This document shows positions 12,769-25,917 of a stretch of DNA of 64,000 nucleotides, piece by piece (within the stretch, counting starts at the first letter, position 1; each line of letters opens with the position of its first letter). This DNA is from Carcharhinus longimanus (Eukaryota). The stretch lies in the NCBI GenBank assembly GCA_030264375.1, contig JASCQW010000099.1, positions 16,231,364 through 16,295,363 on the forward strand. The letters are read 5' to 3'. Position numbers and translations under genes: made by a program. Under the pieces are notes generated by a model, which had not been told where the DNA came from, searched no databases, and saw only the letters and a list, made by a program, of their open reading frames with translations.

Positions 12769-13040
12769 CATAGAATCCCTATAGTACAGAAAGAGGCCAT
12801 TCAGTCCATCGAGCTTGTACCCAACAACAGTCCCACCCAGGCCCTATCCCCATGATCCCCCTGACACTTAGGGTCAGTTTAGCATGGATAATCAATCAAT
12901 CAAACCCGCACATCTTCAGACTGTGGGAGGAAACCAAAGCACCTGGAGGAAAACCATGCAGACACAGGGAGGACGTGCAAACTCCACACAGTCACCCGAG
13001 ACCGGAATTGAATTTGGATTCCTGGCACTGTGAGGCAGCG
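12769..13040 (-). mobile_element. V-SINE (HE1-like) with CR1-type tail
   Basis: V core, with tail GAATGGCCTCTTTCTGTACTATAGGGATTCTATG. Confidence 0.8.
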
Positions 13041-13594
13041 TGAAACTGTTGGTCACTGAATTTTCCTCCAGATATGAAAATCCTGTTGTTGCAAACACCC
13101 TAATGGAAGCTGGAGTGTGGCTTTACTCAGCAAGGTGGGGAGGCGGGGGAGTGCTTGGTAATGATCGACAACACACAATAAAGAAAATAAATCCTACTAA
13201 TCACTAGCACTTACCTTTGTAAAGCCTTTGAATAGTTTGCAGGTTTCCCCATTATTTGTGTTATATTACCATAGGTTTGCACCAACTGAGGACTTAACCC
13301 TTGAATTCTCTCATTTATCTTGATCAATAATATCAGTAAGTAACCCAACATTATTATTGTCTGTTTTTAAGTACCACCTCTAAGTTTGGCAACTACATTA
13401 AAGTCCTATTGGACATTGTATGCTGCTGAATGATATGTGGCACAAAATAGAAAAGCAGGAGTGACTTACAGTTAAATAAGATGTAGCAGGAAAAAATCCA
13501 ACACCATATCCTCAAAATTTTGTCTGATAAACATATCAGGACCAGAGAGATGACTGGGGGGTAAGAAGCAGGCAAAATCCAGAATAACATTTCC

Positions 13595-13860
13595 CTCAGT
13601 GTTGAGGAAGTACGACATTGTTAAATGTGCTGTCTTTTGGACTAAACGTTAATCTAAAGACCCATGTGTCCTCTTAAGTGGAGGTAAGAGATCCCAAGAT
13701 AATATTACTTATCCCTCAACGAACACCAGCAACACAGATTGTCTGCAAATTGGACACCATGATTCCTACATTAAACAGCAGTGACTAACTTCAACCAAGC
13801 ACCCGATTGCATTCAAAGTGCTTTGAAAAATCCTGAGGCCCGGAAAGGTGCTATAAAACT
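13595..13860 (+). mobile_element. DeuSINE-like fragment
   Basis: GCTGTCTTTTGGACTAAACGTTAA...AGATCCCA...TATCCCTCAAC resembles the Deu-domain. Confidence 0.6.
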
Positions 13861-14561
13861 AAATCCAAATTATTCAAAACACAGGTCCAGGGATGCAGTG
13901 AACTTTATTGGTGTGGTCTGTTGGGACACTGAATGTTGAGGGTTTTGGGGAATGGCCAGAAAGTGGTGTTGAGGTCATAATCAGATGAGCCTTGATCGTA
14001 CTGAATGATGGAGCAGCCCCATGGGCCAAATGATCCACTCCTGCTTCCAATTCTTATGATCTTATCACCTCATGAATGAAGCTTCCCACTCTGCACTTGA
14101 TGCAACACAATCAGTACAAGCACTTCTTTATCAATGTGTTTACACATTGATTTTAAAAGAGATATTTAGTGCATGGCAAACTTAAGGGAAAAATTATTTA
14201 AAAAACAATATTCTGCATCACACATTAGGAGTGGGTAAACAAGAGATGCTGCATGGCTTTCTGTATAGAAGATATATTCTGGACTGTTAATTAGCAATTG
14301 AATACACCAATTTTTCTGTGGGGGGACAGCAGGCCAGTTAAGATAATCCTGATAGCGTAGGGCGCTCGTGGGAGGAAATGTGAAATGGAAAAGGCAACAT
14401 GTCGCTTGTGAAAGACAGAAAGCACGAATGTGTATCTCTGTAGCACCAAGTACTTCTGAAGTGTCTTCTTATTTCGTGTTATGGTTCCAAGCTAGGGAAA
14501 CCAGAAATTAGAGATAACATGACATTGCTAAATGTAGTACAGGTCACTGCCTAGTGCTTAC

Positions 14562-14782
14562 CTCATGAGCATGTTTAGAGAAAGTGTCAGCACTATATAA
14601 CATGGCTGCTGTTCGCTCTTCCAGTTCACTCAGCTTCTGTCCTCTTTCATCAAGTGCTATCCTGGCCCGTGCCAGCTCGCCTGCAACACCAGATGCTGCT
14701 CCTTTGACCCCTTCAATTCCACCAGTCCCTGGGATATGTTGCGCCAGGCTCCTCGAGGGTTTACCTGCTGCGGATTCACCGA
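14562..14782 (-). CDS. STXBP5: STXBP5 exon, 221 nt, tail plus VAMP-like R-SNARE domain: FGESAAGKPSRSLAQ...ALDERGQKL...SKHAHE
   Basis: Inside ORF 14544..14900; CAG acceptor, GTAAGC donor, phase 1-0; zero-layer Arg in ERGQKL. Confidence 0.97.
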
Positions 14783-15239
14783 CTGGTTTAAAGGAAAAGT
14801 AGATTTTTAGTACAGAAATAAAATATGACACAGGTAAGATTGGTTTTTTGGCAGGGGGGCGGGGTACAAGTTTTGAAAATAATAAATGTTGAGAACTCAA
14901 AATTGTGTGAAGTCCATATCAAGTTTTTAAATGAAAATACCAGAAATAGTTTTTATTTCTGCTAAGTTGTGGCGATAGTTGGTCCACTTCCAATAATGTA
15001 TGAGCTGGAGTGAATGGCTGCCTTTCTTCTTTTCTCCAGCAGGGTTCTTTAATCCTGACTGTAGAAAACCAATGGATCATTGCAGAGTAACGTTTCAAGC
15101 CCACCTTTAGCCAACATACACAACACTATTGAATGAAACAATATACTATCAAATTCTAGACCTACACCAAGGAGATTTGATTGATACTGCCAATATAAGA
15201 TGGTCATATGAAAGTGTAGTAGGTGTATACCATTAGGCA

Positions 15240-15630
15240 CCTGCTCTGCCATTCAGAAAAATTATGGCAGATTTTACTGTGGTGTAAACAGCACTTTTCT
15301 GCTCGTCCCCCCATAATTCCCAACTGGGCAAAAATCTATCTAACTCAACCTTGAATATTCTTAATGACCCAGCCTCCACTGCTTTCTGTCGAAGTGAATT
15401 CCAAAGACCGATAACAGAGAAGAAACGACTTCTTATCTTTAAACTGTCTCCCTTAGTTCTAGATTCCCTGATGAAACAAAACATCCTCTCAGCATCTAAC
15501 TTGTCAAGCCCCCTCAAAATCTTTAAATCTTTCAAAAGATCACCTCTTATTCTTCTAAACTCCAGTGAGTATAGGCCCAATCTGCTCAACCGTTCCTCAG
15601 AAGCCAACCCCTTCATTCCAGGAATCTGCC
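15240..15630 (-). mobile_element. CR1/HER1-like LINE 3' end
   Basis: ORF 15233..15688 IPGMKGL...RLGLYSLEFRRIRGDL is the CR1 ORF2 C-terminus. Confidence 0.85.
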
Positions 15631-16811
15631 TATTATTGGTCATTAAGACTCCAAGACTCAAACATGAAATGGCAACATTGCAATACAAATATTTCTAACC
15701 AATAGGAACATGCCCATCTCCTGAAAATGCCCCCTCCAAACTATTCACCACCCTGACTAAGAAATATATTGCTGCTTCCTCACTGTTCTTGGGTTAAAAT
15801 CCTGGAAATCAGTCTCTAACAGCATTGTGGGTGTAGCTGCAGCACATGGATCACACTGTTTCATGAACACAGCTCACTAACACCTTCTCAAGGGTGATAA
15901 ATACTTGACTAACCGGTGATGCCCAAATACCAAGAATGTTACAAGAAACTCAAAACCTGTTTGGGATGAACTGGAATAGTCAGCATTCAGTTCCAAGTAT
16001 AAAGCTAGATTTATGTAAATAGAAGTCTAATATGCAAACTAATTGAAATAATAGATGAAGAATAGAGAAAGCGCCAGTGACGAGCAACAGTGATTGATTG
16101 AATTGCCATAAGGTGTACTAAATTTCCACGGAAGCCCAAACTATGCATAAATAATGAATGGTATAAGAAGTGGTGCTGATACGTACCCCAGGGATTGATG
16201 ATGTTCTAGATTTGAATCAGTGTTTTTTTTCCAACTCCCAAGTTCTGCCCTTCACAAATTGTAACGTGTCCAAACCTACATCCTCTTATCGTGTCCTTCA
16301 ACTTTCATTGTTATTCTATCCTATGCAAACCCTTGCCCTCTTATGACTTTATAACCTCTCCAACCCCCTCCATTCTTGTCTTCCTGTATAGGTGTTCCAC
16401 TCATTCATAATGGCTATATTACAAAGATCTCTTACTTGCTGTGAAGGGCTTTGGAACATCATGAGATTATGAAAACCTCGCCATGAATGCAATTTGTTCT
16501 CCAACTTCTGATAAAGTTTTGGATTTTTCATTGTGTTGCTCGACCTTCAGTTACAGATCAGAGAACCTCATGCTCAAGTTGAAATCTCAAATCAGAGGGA
16601 GCAAATAAGTCACAGAGATATTGCAGTGTCTGATGGCCTTCTTTTGTTGTTTTTATGTTACAAAACTTCTGTACAACTTAGGAGCAGACATTTTGTTTAC
16701 CAACGTATTTCTTGCTTGCAAGTAAAAATGACACAGAGACCTTAAAAAAGCCAGCTAAGGGCACAGCTCTAAGGACCAAAGTCATCCTTGTCATTACTCC
16801 ATTGTACTTAC

Positions 16812-16923
16812 AAAGCTCTTCTCTGTCCAGTGACTGGGCACCTCCACCAAACAAGCCTTTAAAAAACCCTCTGTTCGGAGCTTCTGGTGTTTCCACAGGA
16901 GTAAACAGTTCTCCTAACATTTC
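16812..16923 (-). CDS. STXBP5: STXBP5 exon, 112 nt: EMLGELFTPVETPEAPNRGFFKGLFGGGAQSLDREEL
   Basis: Acceptor TTTTTTCCAG, donor GTAAGT, phase 0-1. Confidence 0.97.
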
Positions 16924-17059
16924 CTGGAAAAAAGTCAAAGGTGTTTTATTCAAAATCTTTTTTACAAAAACCGAGGGCATCCAGTTGAACAACACTGCAT
17001 TGCTAACTCGTCAGTGGCCTCTTGAAAACACTTCATGTGGTAAAAGACCCTTCAATTCA

Positions 17060-17260
17060 TACTTAGAAATCCTACAGTGCAGAAGGCCATTCAGCCCATC
17101 GAATAACAATCCCACCTACGCCCTATCCTTGTAAGCCCAAAAATATTTACCCTGCTAATCCCTCTAACCTATGCATCCGGGGACACTAAGGGGCAATTTG
17201 GCATGACCAATGCACCTAACCTGCACATTTTGGACTGTGGGAGAAACCCACGCAGACACA
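17060..17260 (-). mobile_element. 5'-truncated V-SINE
   Basis: CCCACAGTCCAAAATGTGCAGGTTAGG core plus CR1-type tail. Confidence 0.75.
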
Positions 17261-17379
17261 GGGTTTATCCCCAGCTTTCTCTAAATGTGCTCCCCGCCAA
17301 CACCTCCAAACAACTGTACAAAGTTGTATTTTGAGGTGAACTGCAGCCTTTTTGCAAAGGGACTGTAGTACAAGAATAA

Positions 17380-17860
17380 AGAAATATTGTTTCAATTGCG
17401 TGGTGCTTTGGAATAACCACAGCTGGAATACTATGTGCAATTTGGTCTCCATATGTAAGAAAGGATTATACTTGCACCAGAGGCAGTACAGCAAAGGTTC
17501 ACTAGATTACTCCTTTGGGTGAGACAGTTGTTCTATGATGAAAGGTTAAGTAAATTGGATCGGTATTCTTTGGAGTTTAAAAGAATGAGAAGTGATCTTA
17601 GTAAAACATTCAAGATTATGAAGAGGGTTGACACTGAAATGTTTCCTCTGGCTGAATCTAGAACAAAAGGGCACAGTTTCAGGATAAAGGGCTGATCTTC
17701 AAACTGACTGAAAAGAAATGTCTTCACTCAAAGTGAATCTTTGGAATTCGCTACGCAAGAGGATTGTGGATTTGGTATCAAGCAGGTAGCAAAGTAAAGT
17801 TGAAACCCATGGTCATATTGCACTCAGGAGCAGGCTTGATTCTTTTGCTCCTATTTTTTC
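17380..17860 (+). mobile_element. CR1 LINE 3' fragment
   Basis: CCACAGCTGGAATACTATGTGCAATTTGGTCTCC (PQLEY.VQF.SP-like) and a downstream CR1 end. Confidence 0.75.
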
Positions 17861-18476
17861 CGTTCTTAAATGACCAAAAGTTTGATCAAAGAGGTAGTTT
17901 TTAAGGAATATTGAACAGGATTATAAAGATGCAGAGAGGTGGGGAGATTTGGAGAATGAATTCCAAGATCTTAGCATCCAGGCAGTTGAAGGTACAACAA
18001 TGGGATGAAGTAAATCAGATGCACAAGGAGCTATGGATGGAGATTTGTAAGACAGAAAGTGCAGAGCTGACCGCTGCTTGCAGAATGAAGGATTTTTCAG
18101 CAATGAATTGGTACATGCTGGATTGTCAGTTGACTGCTGGCATCAGTCACAAAGAGCCTCTGTTTTTTGAAATGTTTCTCCTCACTTTAGTGCCTTATCA
18201 GATTCTGTTGCTTCAGGCCAACATACAAGAGAAAACAGCAACAAAAATAATCAAACTGATTTGTGATCCTGGAACAAGGCAATAGAGTAGGGTGATTATA
18301 CCACCTGCATAACGCATGTCACAGTAACGCCTTCTGCGTCAAGTATGTTTCAGATCTACTTTGATATAGATGACATGTAAATAAGGAAACATCAATGAGA
18401 ACAGGCGCTCTAAAGGTTAGCTTCTGCAGTGCCATTTTCACTGTGTGGAAATACAACAAACTCCAATGATGCTCAC

Positions 18477-18642
18477 CTGTAAATTCTCACATGTTCCTTG
18501 ACTGTAAGTAATGCGCTGGATCTCAGTAGGGGAAACCAGGTACAGAGCCTGCCCGTTGTTGGTGAAACAAAAAGTACGAGCTATTCGCATGTCCGTCAGT
18601 GGCAAATAATTGACATCTAGCAGTGGCCTAAGGCTTGGCAAG
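18477..18642 (-). CDS. STXBP5: STXBP5 exon, 166 nt: SLPSLRPLLDVNYLPLTDMRIARTFCF...CENLQ
   Basis: Overlaps ORF 18438..18641; acceptor TTTTGTTTTGAAG, donor GTGAGC, phase 2-0. Confidence 0.96.
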
Positions 18643-19504
18643 CTTCAAAACAAAATCAGAATATGATTAAAATATGTATTCTATTATATTTTGCTTAATA
18701 TTACATATCACCTGTTGCAGATACACAAACTGTATACAAATCATTGGTCACAGACACATTGGTACTAGATACATGTTCCCTCTCCTAGCTATCTCATATA
18801 CACTATTCTATTAAAACACCTTTCTACTGGTATCAAATCAAAGTAAAGTAAGCAAGGTAGTCTTAGTCCAAGTCTTTTTGACCAAGAGAGATGACTGATG
18901 GTGATTTAACCCGAGGGTCACCACACCTCAGGTTAAGAAGGTGGGGCCTTCATGAATAATCTCAGCCAGTACAGGAACTGAACCCACACTGTTGTCACTC
19001 CACATCATGAACCAGCCATCCAGCCAACTGCTACTCTCAAGACCTGTACCAGAAAGCATGCTTCTGACATGCAGAACCAGGAGGCACATAGAAGAGAACA
19101 TTTGCTAAAAATGATCAAATGGCCATACATGATTAAAAAGCTTTTTTGCTTCTGGTATAGACTTTATCATTGTGATCTCAAATACAGCTTGATGAGTGAC
19201 AATCACTTAAAATACATGATTTCAAGTACAATGCTGAAGACCTTGAATGAAAAAAAATGCTAACAAAGTGCTGACTATAAAAGAACTTTGTGAGCTCTAT
19301 GTAACACTCCCTCTTTACAATAGAACTGCTGTCAAAGTCACTCTGTATATCATCATTCTAGTCTTTGGAAAGGCTTCCATTTTTAAACTGCACTGATGAT
19401 GAATTTGACCATTTTATAAACCTATTCAGTGCACACCCTAGAACAAATTCAATGTACATGTCTACAACACCTTTTGCATCCTTAGGACGTTTCTAAGTAC
19501 ACTA

Positions 19505-21115
19505 GGATGCAAAATAGGAGTAGGATGTATTAGCTATTGAAGAAACGTGGTTGCAGGGTGACCAAGACTGGGTGATCGATATTCCCGGGTATTCAATGGA
19601 ATACCTGGGAGGATATTCCAAAGGGGAAAGAAGGTGTGGTATCGCTATTAATCAAGGAAGGTTTCAGAGAAGTGCTGGCATGTGACATAATAGCAGTGAA
19701 TAGTGACTTGGACTCATTAAATTTCGGCATGGTACTGTACCACACGGTACAGCCAATGCGATTCCCTTGTTCAAAAAGGGAGAAAGGCAGAAGACAGGGA
19801 ACTATAGGTCAGCTAGTTTAACATCTATTATTGGTAAGATGCTGGAGTCAATAATCAAAGAGGAAATAGTTAATCATTTAGGGAAGCTGTATATAATCAA
19901 ACATTAAAAAACCCAGAAAGTAAATCACATTTGACAAATTTGTTCGAATATTTTGAGGATGTAATAGGGAGTGTAGATAGGGAGGAACCTGCCGATGTAG
20001 TGCATTTAGATTTTCAAAAGGCTTTTGACAAGATACCTCAAAAGACTAGTGCATAAAGTAAAAGCCCATGGAACTGGAAAAAGTGTGTTAGCATGGATTG
20101 AAAACTGACTGTTACATAGAAAACAGAGTTGGAATAAGTTGGTCATTTCCAGAGTTGAGAAATGTACCTAGTGGAGTACTGCAGGGATCAGTTCTTGTCC
20201 TGCAATTGTTTGCTATTTATATTAATGATCCACAGGAAGGAATAGAATGTAAGGTTTCCAAATTTGCTGATGATACGAAGATAGATAGAAGGGCAGGTTG
20301 TAATGAGGATATTGTGATTCTGCAATGGCATACAGATAGATTAGGTGACTGGGCGAAAACCTGACAAATGGAGTTTAATATGGGGAAGTGAGGTCATGCA
20401 CATTGGTAGGAGGAATCAAAAGGCAGATTATCTAAATGGAGAGAGACTGCAAGTGAGTGAAATAGAAAGGGATCTAGGTGAACCAGTACATGAATCACAA
20501 AAAGCTAGCAAGCATGTCCAACAAGTAGTTAAGAAGGTAAATGGCATTCTGGCAAAAGGGTTGGAGTTTAAAAATAAGGAGGTTTTGTTGCAATTGTACT
20601 GGGTACAGTTTTGGTTCCCTTATCTTAGAAAGGATATGGTAACATTGGAGGCAGTCCAAAGGAGATTCACCATGCCAATTCCTAGAGGGGGTTGTCCTAC
20701 CCAGAGAGACGAACATGTCGGGTCTGTATCCCTTGAAGTTTAGAAGAGTGATGGGTGGCCTTATTCACACATATGGCTTGATAGGACTTGACAGGGTAAA
20801 TGGTGAGATGTTTTCACTAATGGGATAGTCTCAAACAGGGAGGCATAGCTACAAGATAAATGGTCAGTCATTGAAAACTGAGGTGCACAGAAATTTCTTG
20901 TAGAGGATGGCGAATCTCTGGAATTCTCTGTCCCAAAGAGTAGCGGATTATTAGCAGTGCTTAAAATAGAGGTGGATAAATATTTGATAGATGAAGGAAT
21001 AGGGGGCTATGGAGAAATAGCACAGCAAGGAATTGAGGCCTGCATAGATCAGCAATGATCGTACTGAGTGGTGGGGCAGGCTTGAAGGCTTATACCTGCT
21101 TCTATCTCTCATGTT
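19505..21115 (+). mobile_element. Decayed, internally deleted CR1 LINE ORF2 (endonuclease remnant, RT and 3' tail)
   Basis: LDFQKAFDK, SGVLQGSVL and SKFADDTK RT motifs, ETWLQGDQDW endonuclease remnant, many stops and frameshifts. Confidence 0.9.
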
Positions 21116-21139
21116 GCTTCCTGCCATATCCCAGGAATC

Positions 21140-22800
21140 CCTTAGCGCTCCAGATCCTAAATCATCCCATTGTTACCAACTATAAAGGATATTGCCCCTG
21201 ACAGTATTCTGGCAATAGTACTGAAGACTTGTGCTCCATAAATTGCTGTGCCCTTAGCCAAGCTGTTCTAGTGCAGCTGACATCTATCCAGCAACGGGGA
21301 AAATTATCCAGGCATGTCCTGTATACATGAAATAAGACAAATCCAACCTAGCTAATTACCACTCCAGTCTACTTAAGATCCTTTGTAACGTGATGGAAAA
21401 GGTCAACAGCGCTATCAAATGGCACTTACTAACCAACAACCTGCTCACACATGCTCAGTTTGGGTTCCACCAGGGTCACTCAGCTCCTGACCTTATTACA
21501 GCCTTGGTTCAAACACGGGCAAAGAGCTGAACGTCAGAGGTGAGGTGAGGATGATTGACCTTTACATCAAGACAGCACTTGACAAAAGTATGACAATAAT
21601 GAGCCCTAGCAAAACTGGAGTCAATGGGAATANNNNNNNNNNNNNNNNNNNNNNNNNNNNNNNNNNNNNNNNNNNNNNNNNNNNNNNNNNNNNNNNNNNN
21701 NNNNNNNNNNNNNNNNNNNNNNNNNNNNNNNNAAAGTATGACAATAATGAGCCCTAGCAAAACTGGAGTCAATGGGAATAAGGGGGAAAATCCTCTGCTG
21801 GTTGGAGCCATACTTGGCACAAAGGAAAATGATTGTGGCGATTGGAGATCAATTCCCTCAGCTCCAAGGCGGTGTCGTAGTCTCAACCATCTTCAGCTAC
21901 TTCATCAATGGCCTCATTTTCACCACAAAGTCAGAAGTGGGGGCGGCTCACTGATGACTGCACCATGTTCAGTACTCCTCAGATACTGATGCAGTCTATG
22001 GCTAAATGCAGCAAGTCCTGGACAATATCCAGGCTTCGGCTGACAAGTGGCAAGTAACATTCACATCACACAACTGCTAAGCAATGATCATCTCCAACAA
22101 GAGAGAATCTAACCAATAGCAGTACCATTGCTGAATCCCCCCACTATCAACATCCTGGGGGTTACCTCTGACCAGAAACTGAACTGGATTGGCTATATAA
22201 AACTGGCTACCAGAACAGCTCAAAAGCTAGGAATCCTGCATCAAGTAACTCACTTCCTGACTCCCCAAAGCTTGTCCATCACCTACAAGACACAACTCAG
22301 GAGAGTAATAGAATGCTCTCCTCTTGCCTTGAGTGCAGCTCTAACAACACTCAAGAAGCTTGACGCCATCCAGGACAAAGCAGCTCATGTGATTGCTACT
22401 CTTTCCACAAACATTTAATCCCACCACCACCGATGAACAGTGGCAGCCTGTATACCATCTACAAGATGCACTACAAGAACTCACCAAAGATTTTAAAGCA
22501 GCACCTTTCAAACCCACAACCACAACCATTTAGAAGGACAAGGGCAGCAATACCTGGGAACACCACCACCTGGAAGTTCCCCTCCAAGCCACCTGACTTG
22601 GAAATATGTTGCTGTTTCTTTCACTGTCACTGAGTCAAAATTCTGAAACTCCCTCCCTAACAGCACGGTGGGTATACCTGCCCTCAGGGACTGCAGGTTC
22701 AAGAAAGTAGCTCACCACCACCTTTGAGAGCAACTAGGAATGGACAGTAAAAATGCTGGTCTAGCCAGTAATGCCCACAAACCATAAAATGAATAAAACA
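21140..22800 (+). mobile_element. Second decayed non-LTR retrotransposon family (CR1/L2-group RT), 3' portion
   Basis: QFGFHQGHSAPDLITALVQT, LDKSM..., INILGVT..QKLNW RT-like segments; ends AATGAATAAA. Related fragments at about 15700-15940, 23525-23870 (minus) and 60880-61380. Confidence 0.8.
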
Positions 22801-24276
22801 ATATTCAAGCTGAGTTCACACAAGTCTCAGGACCATTCCCAATGTCCTGAGGCCGTTATTTTACAGCCAAACCACATGAAATGCACAGCAAACAATCTGA
22901 TATTCCATTCAGCATTAATAATCCCAGATTTTCTTCTTGTATTATTGCCACATGGCAAAACCATACCCTTGCAACCAATTCACCATTCTATCTATTGATA
23001 CGGTTCCAAAGGAAATAAGTAAAAGATAAAAATTAAGTACACAGGTAAAGGAACATCTTTGAGGGCCAACCTTACCATAAAGCAATTCTAGGTGATTATG
23101 TTCGGTATAATATTAACAGATGTCTGGCAATGCTGGTTAGTAAATTAGACATAGGTGCTAAGGCGTTATGTAACCTACAAGGCATCATAAGGCTAAATGC
23201 TTTATGGAATTTATGCACTGGAACAGGGAGTTGCAATGGAGAAGCTAGCACCAGTACAGGCACAAAGTATCAAACAGGCTTGTTCTCAGCTGTAACTTCC
23301 ATGAATTTTCCCTTTTGTAATGTTGAGGGTGGAGTGAGAAGGTGCATGATTTGAGACTCTGTGACACTGGAGCCACTTGTGCATGCGCTGAGGAAAAGCA
23401 ACCTGTATTTATAAAATACCTTTTAGTCTTCAGAACATCCCAAAAAGTGTTTCACCACAGTACATTTGAAAAGCAGTTGTCTAGCCTGTTTACACGCTAA
23501 AGTTCCCCATGAACAGCAATTTAGTAAAGATTTCTTTTGTGGGATGTGAGCATTGCTGACAAGGTTAGCATTTGATGCCCAAATAGCCATCCAGAATTGC
23601 CCTTGAGAAGGTGGTGCTGAGCCATTTTTGTTTTTGAAACGCTGCGGTCCATTTGGACGAGGTACATCCTCAATGCTAGAAGGGAGTGACAGTGATGGAA
23701 CAGTAGTAAGATTCCAAATCAGGATGATGAGAGACTTGGGAGGGGAGCTTGCAGGTGTCTGTGTTCCCATTCACCTTTCCTTCAAGGTGTTAGAAGTTGC
23801 AGGTCTGGAAGATGCTGTCTTTGGAGGTTGGCATGTTGCTGCAGTGCATCTTGTATATGGTGCACAATGCAAGTGGATAACATTCCAACAAAGTAATATA
23901 TGAAAAGATAAGCAGTATAGGCAGAGAAATCATTGCTGGTCAAAGCAGACAAGACCATGTATCAATTTATAGACCAAAAGCAGCACCTTGAGCACCGCAG
24001 CACTGATCAAGTACTTCAAGCCACAATACGCTGACCGGAGGGCAACAGTGTTACAACTGAACCAAGTTGGAAGATGTTGAAAATTTAGAGTTTTTAAACT
24101 TACACCAAACTGGTAACAACAACCAATTCTTTCCAATAAACTTATTGAAATACAAATTTCTAATATCCTTGCAAAAAATTATCATGCGCTTAACAAATTT
24201 CAGTTTGTGCACTGTGGGCTCTATCACACATCCTGATACAACTAGTTCATTCGCACGAAAGCACAATGTGAGTTAC

Positions 24277-24646
24277 CTGAATGTCATGATATGTCCATTG
24301 GCACAGAAGCATGCAAGGCAGATGCTCCCATTCATTCCCACAATATCAGCACGAAGAACAAATGATGTTTCAGTTATGTTGTGTTTATAAATACAGTTTT
24401 GGGATGGCAGCGAGATAACTTTTGCCTGTTTTTCTGAACATATCACTGCGTACTGGGTTTCATTTATCTCCTGAGAGGATGAGGGAGAGACAGATACAGG
24501 CCTCAGTTTCCTACATTTATCTTTGTCATCCTTCTCCTCTGGTACATTTGGTTCTCTCCAGGGTTCGTGTGCTGGGTTGATGAGGCTTCCTGTGGTGTCC
24601 AGAAATGCCATTCTCAAAATTGCCCCTTTTAGTCTCAGTATAGTCC
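24277..24646 (-). CDS. STXBP5: STXBP5 exon, 370 nt: GTILRLKGAILRMAFLD...CANGHIMTF
   Basis: Inside ORF 24273..24719; acceptor TTCTACAG, donor GTAACT, phase 1-2. Confidence 0.96.
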
Positions 24647-25677
24647 CTGTAGAATATACAAAATACTGTAAGGAATAATATAGAGTTACACTAGGCAAAA
24701 CAAATTCAGCAATATGCACAATACAATTAAGGTTTTCACTTACAGCAACAAGCTACTTTTTCACCACTAAATATGCAAAACATTTCAAGAAGAACAAGAA
24801 AATACTGCAGTTACTGGAGATGCTCGGCACGTCAGGTAGCATCAATGGCAAAATGGAGAGAGGGTTACTGTTTCAAAAGGATGATCATTTGTCAGGCGAA
24901 ATGTACCAAAATGATAACCCCAACTTCCTCACTCCAAAAGGTAACAACATAGATCAAATGTTCTGTCTTTAAAAATCTAATCCCACCACTTAGAAGCTTC
25001 ATTGATGTCATTTTTAACATGAAACAGTTCACTTGGCAAAAACACTATTAGATCCATTAAACATGCCTGGTGTGACAACACAATCTGCATTGTACTTGAA
25101 CCTGGCTGACTGACAAACCGTATTCAGTGGGAGAAACAAAGTTGACAAGCTGTTGACAACTATTCTCGTTTGGCTCACAATGTGCAATTATGCAACATGA
25201 AGATGAGGGAACAGTGAAGGTCCAAAGTGACTTGGGGATCCAGCTGCATAGATTAAAATGTCAGGAACCAGTACAGAAAATAATAAAAACTAATGGAATG
25301 CTAGCCTTTATACCCAGAGGACTGGAATATAAAGGGGTAGAGGTCTTGCTATAGCTATTTAAAGGCCTGATTAGACCACACTGGAGGTACTGTGTTCAGA
25401 TCTGGGTACCAATATTCTCTTTAAAATTTAATCATGATGTGTGGCCAGTTTTTCCATGTGTATTTCCTGTAAACAGTCAATCCAATAATTAAGTACAAGT
25501 CTTTACATTCCACACAAGCCTCTTCCTTTACTTCATCTCACTTTACATAAATGCGAGTTGTTGTTAATGTCTTTAATACAGCAGAATGTCACAAGGCACT
25601 TCACAGGAGCATTATGTCTCAATTATTTTCTCTACAATGTCTTCAAATGTGAAATATGACTGTACAAATGCTCTTAC

Positions 25678-25917
25678 CACTGGGAGACACGATGACTGGC
25701 TGAGTAAGTCTCTGCTCTCCTCCAGGTGGCAGATTCAGTACTATGACCAGTACAGTGCCAAGTGTAGTCCCTACCCACAAACATGGTGATGTGCATGTGT
25801 CCGCCTTTCGGGTATAAGTCTCACAGAAGTGAAGAGCTGTGATTGCCTCTCGGGACTCCTTGTCAATGCTGGTAACACTGGAACTGCGAGAACGGCTGAA
25901 AGAGTTGTCTCTCACAT
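25678..25917 (-). CDS. STXBP5: STXBP5 exon, 240 nt: DVRDNSFSRSRSSSVTSIDKESRE...QPVIVSPS
   Basis: Inside ORF 25643..25951; CAG acceptor, GTAAGA donor, phase 1-1. Confidence 0.96.

Noticed and set aside
14584-17134. Plus-strand ORFs overlapping STXBP5 exons (14584-14802, 16712-17134; also 24067-24390, 55099-55530)
   Set aside because: Antisense shadows of real exons with no independent support.
21585-21781. Apparent tandem duplications on both sides of 100-N gaps (also near 10690-10880 and 45091-45370)
   Set aside because: Most likely unmerged contig overlaps from scaffolding, not biological duplications.
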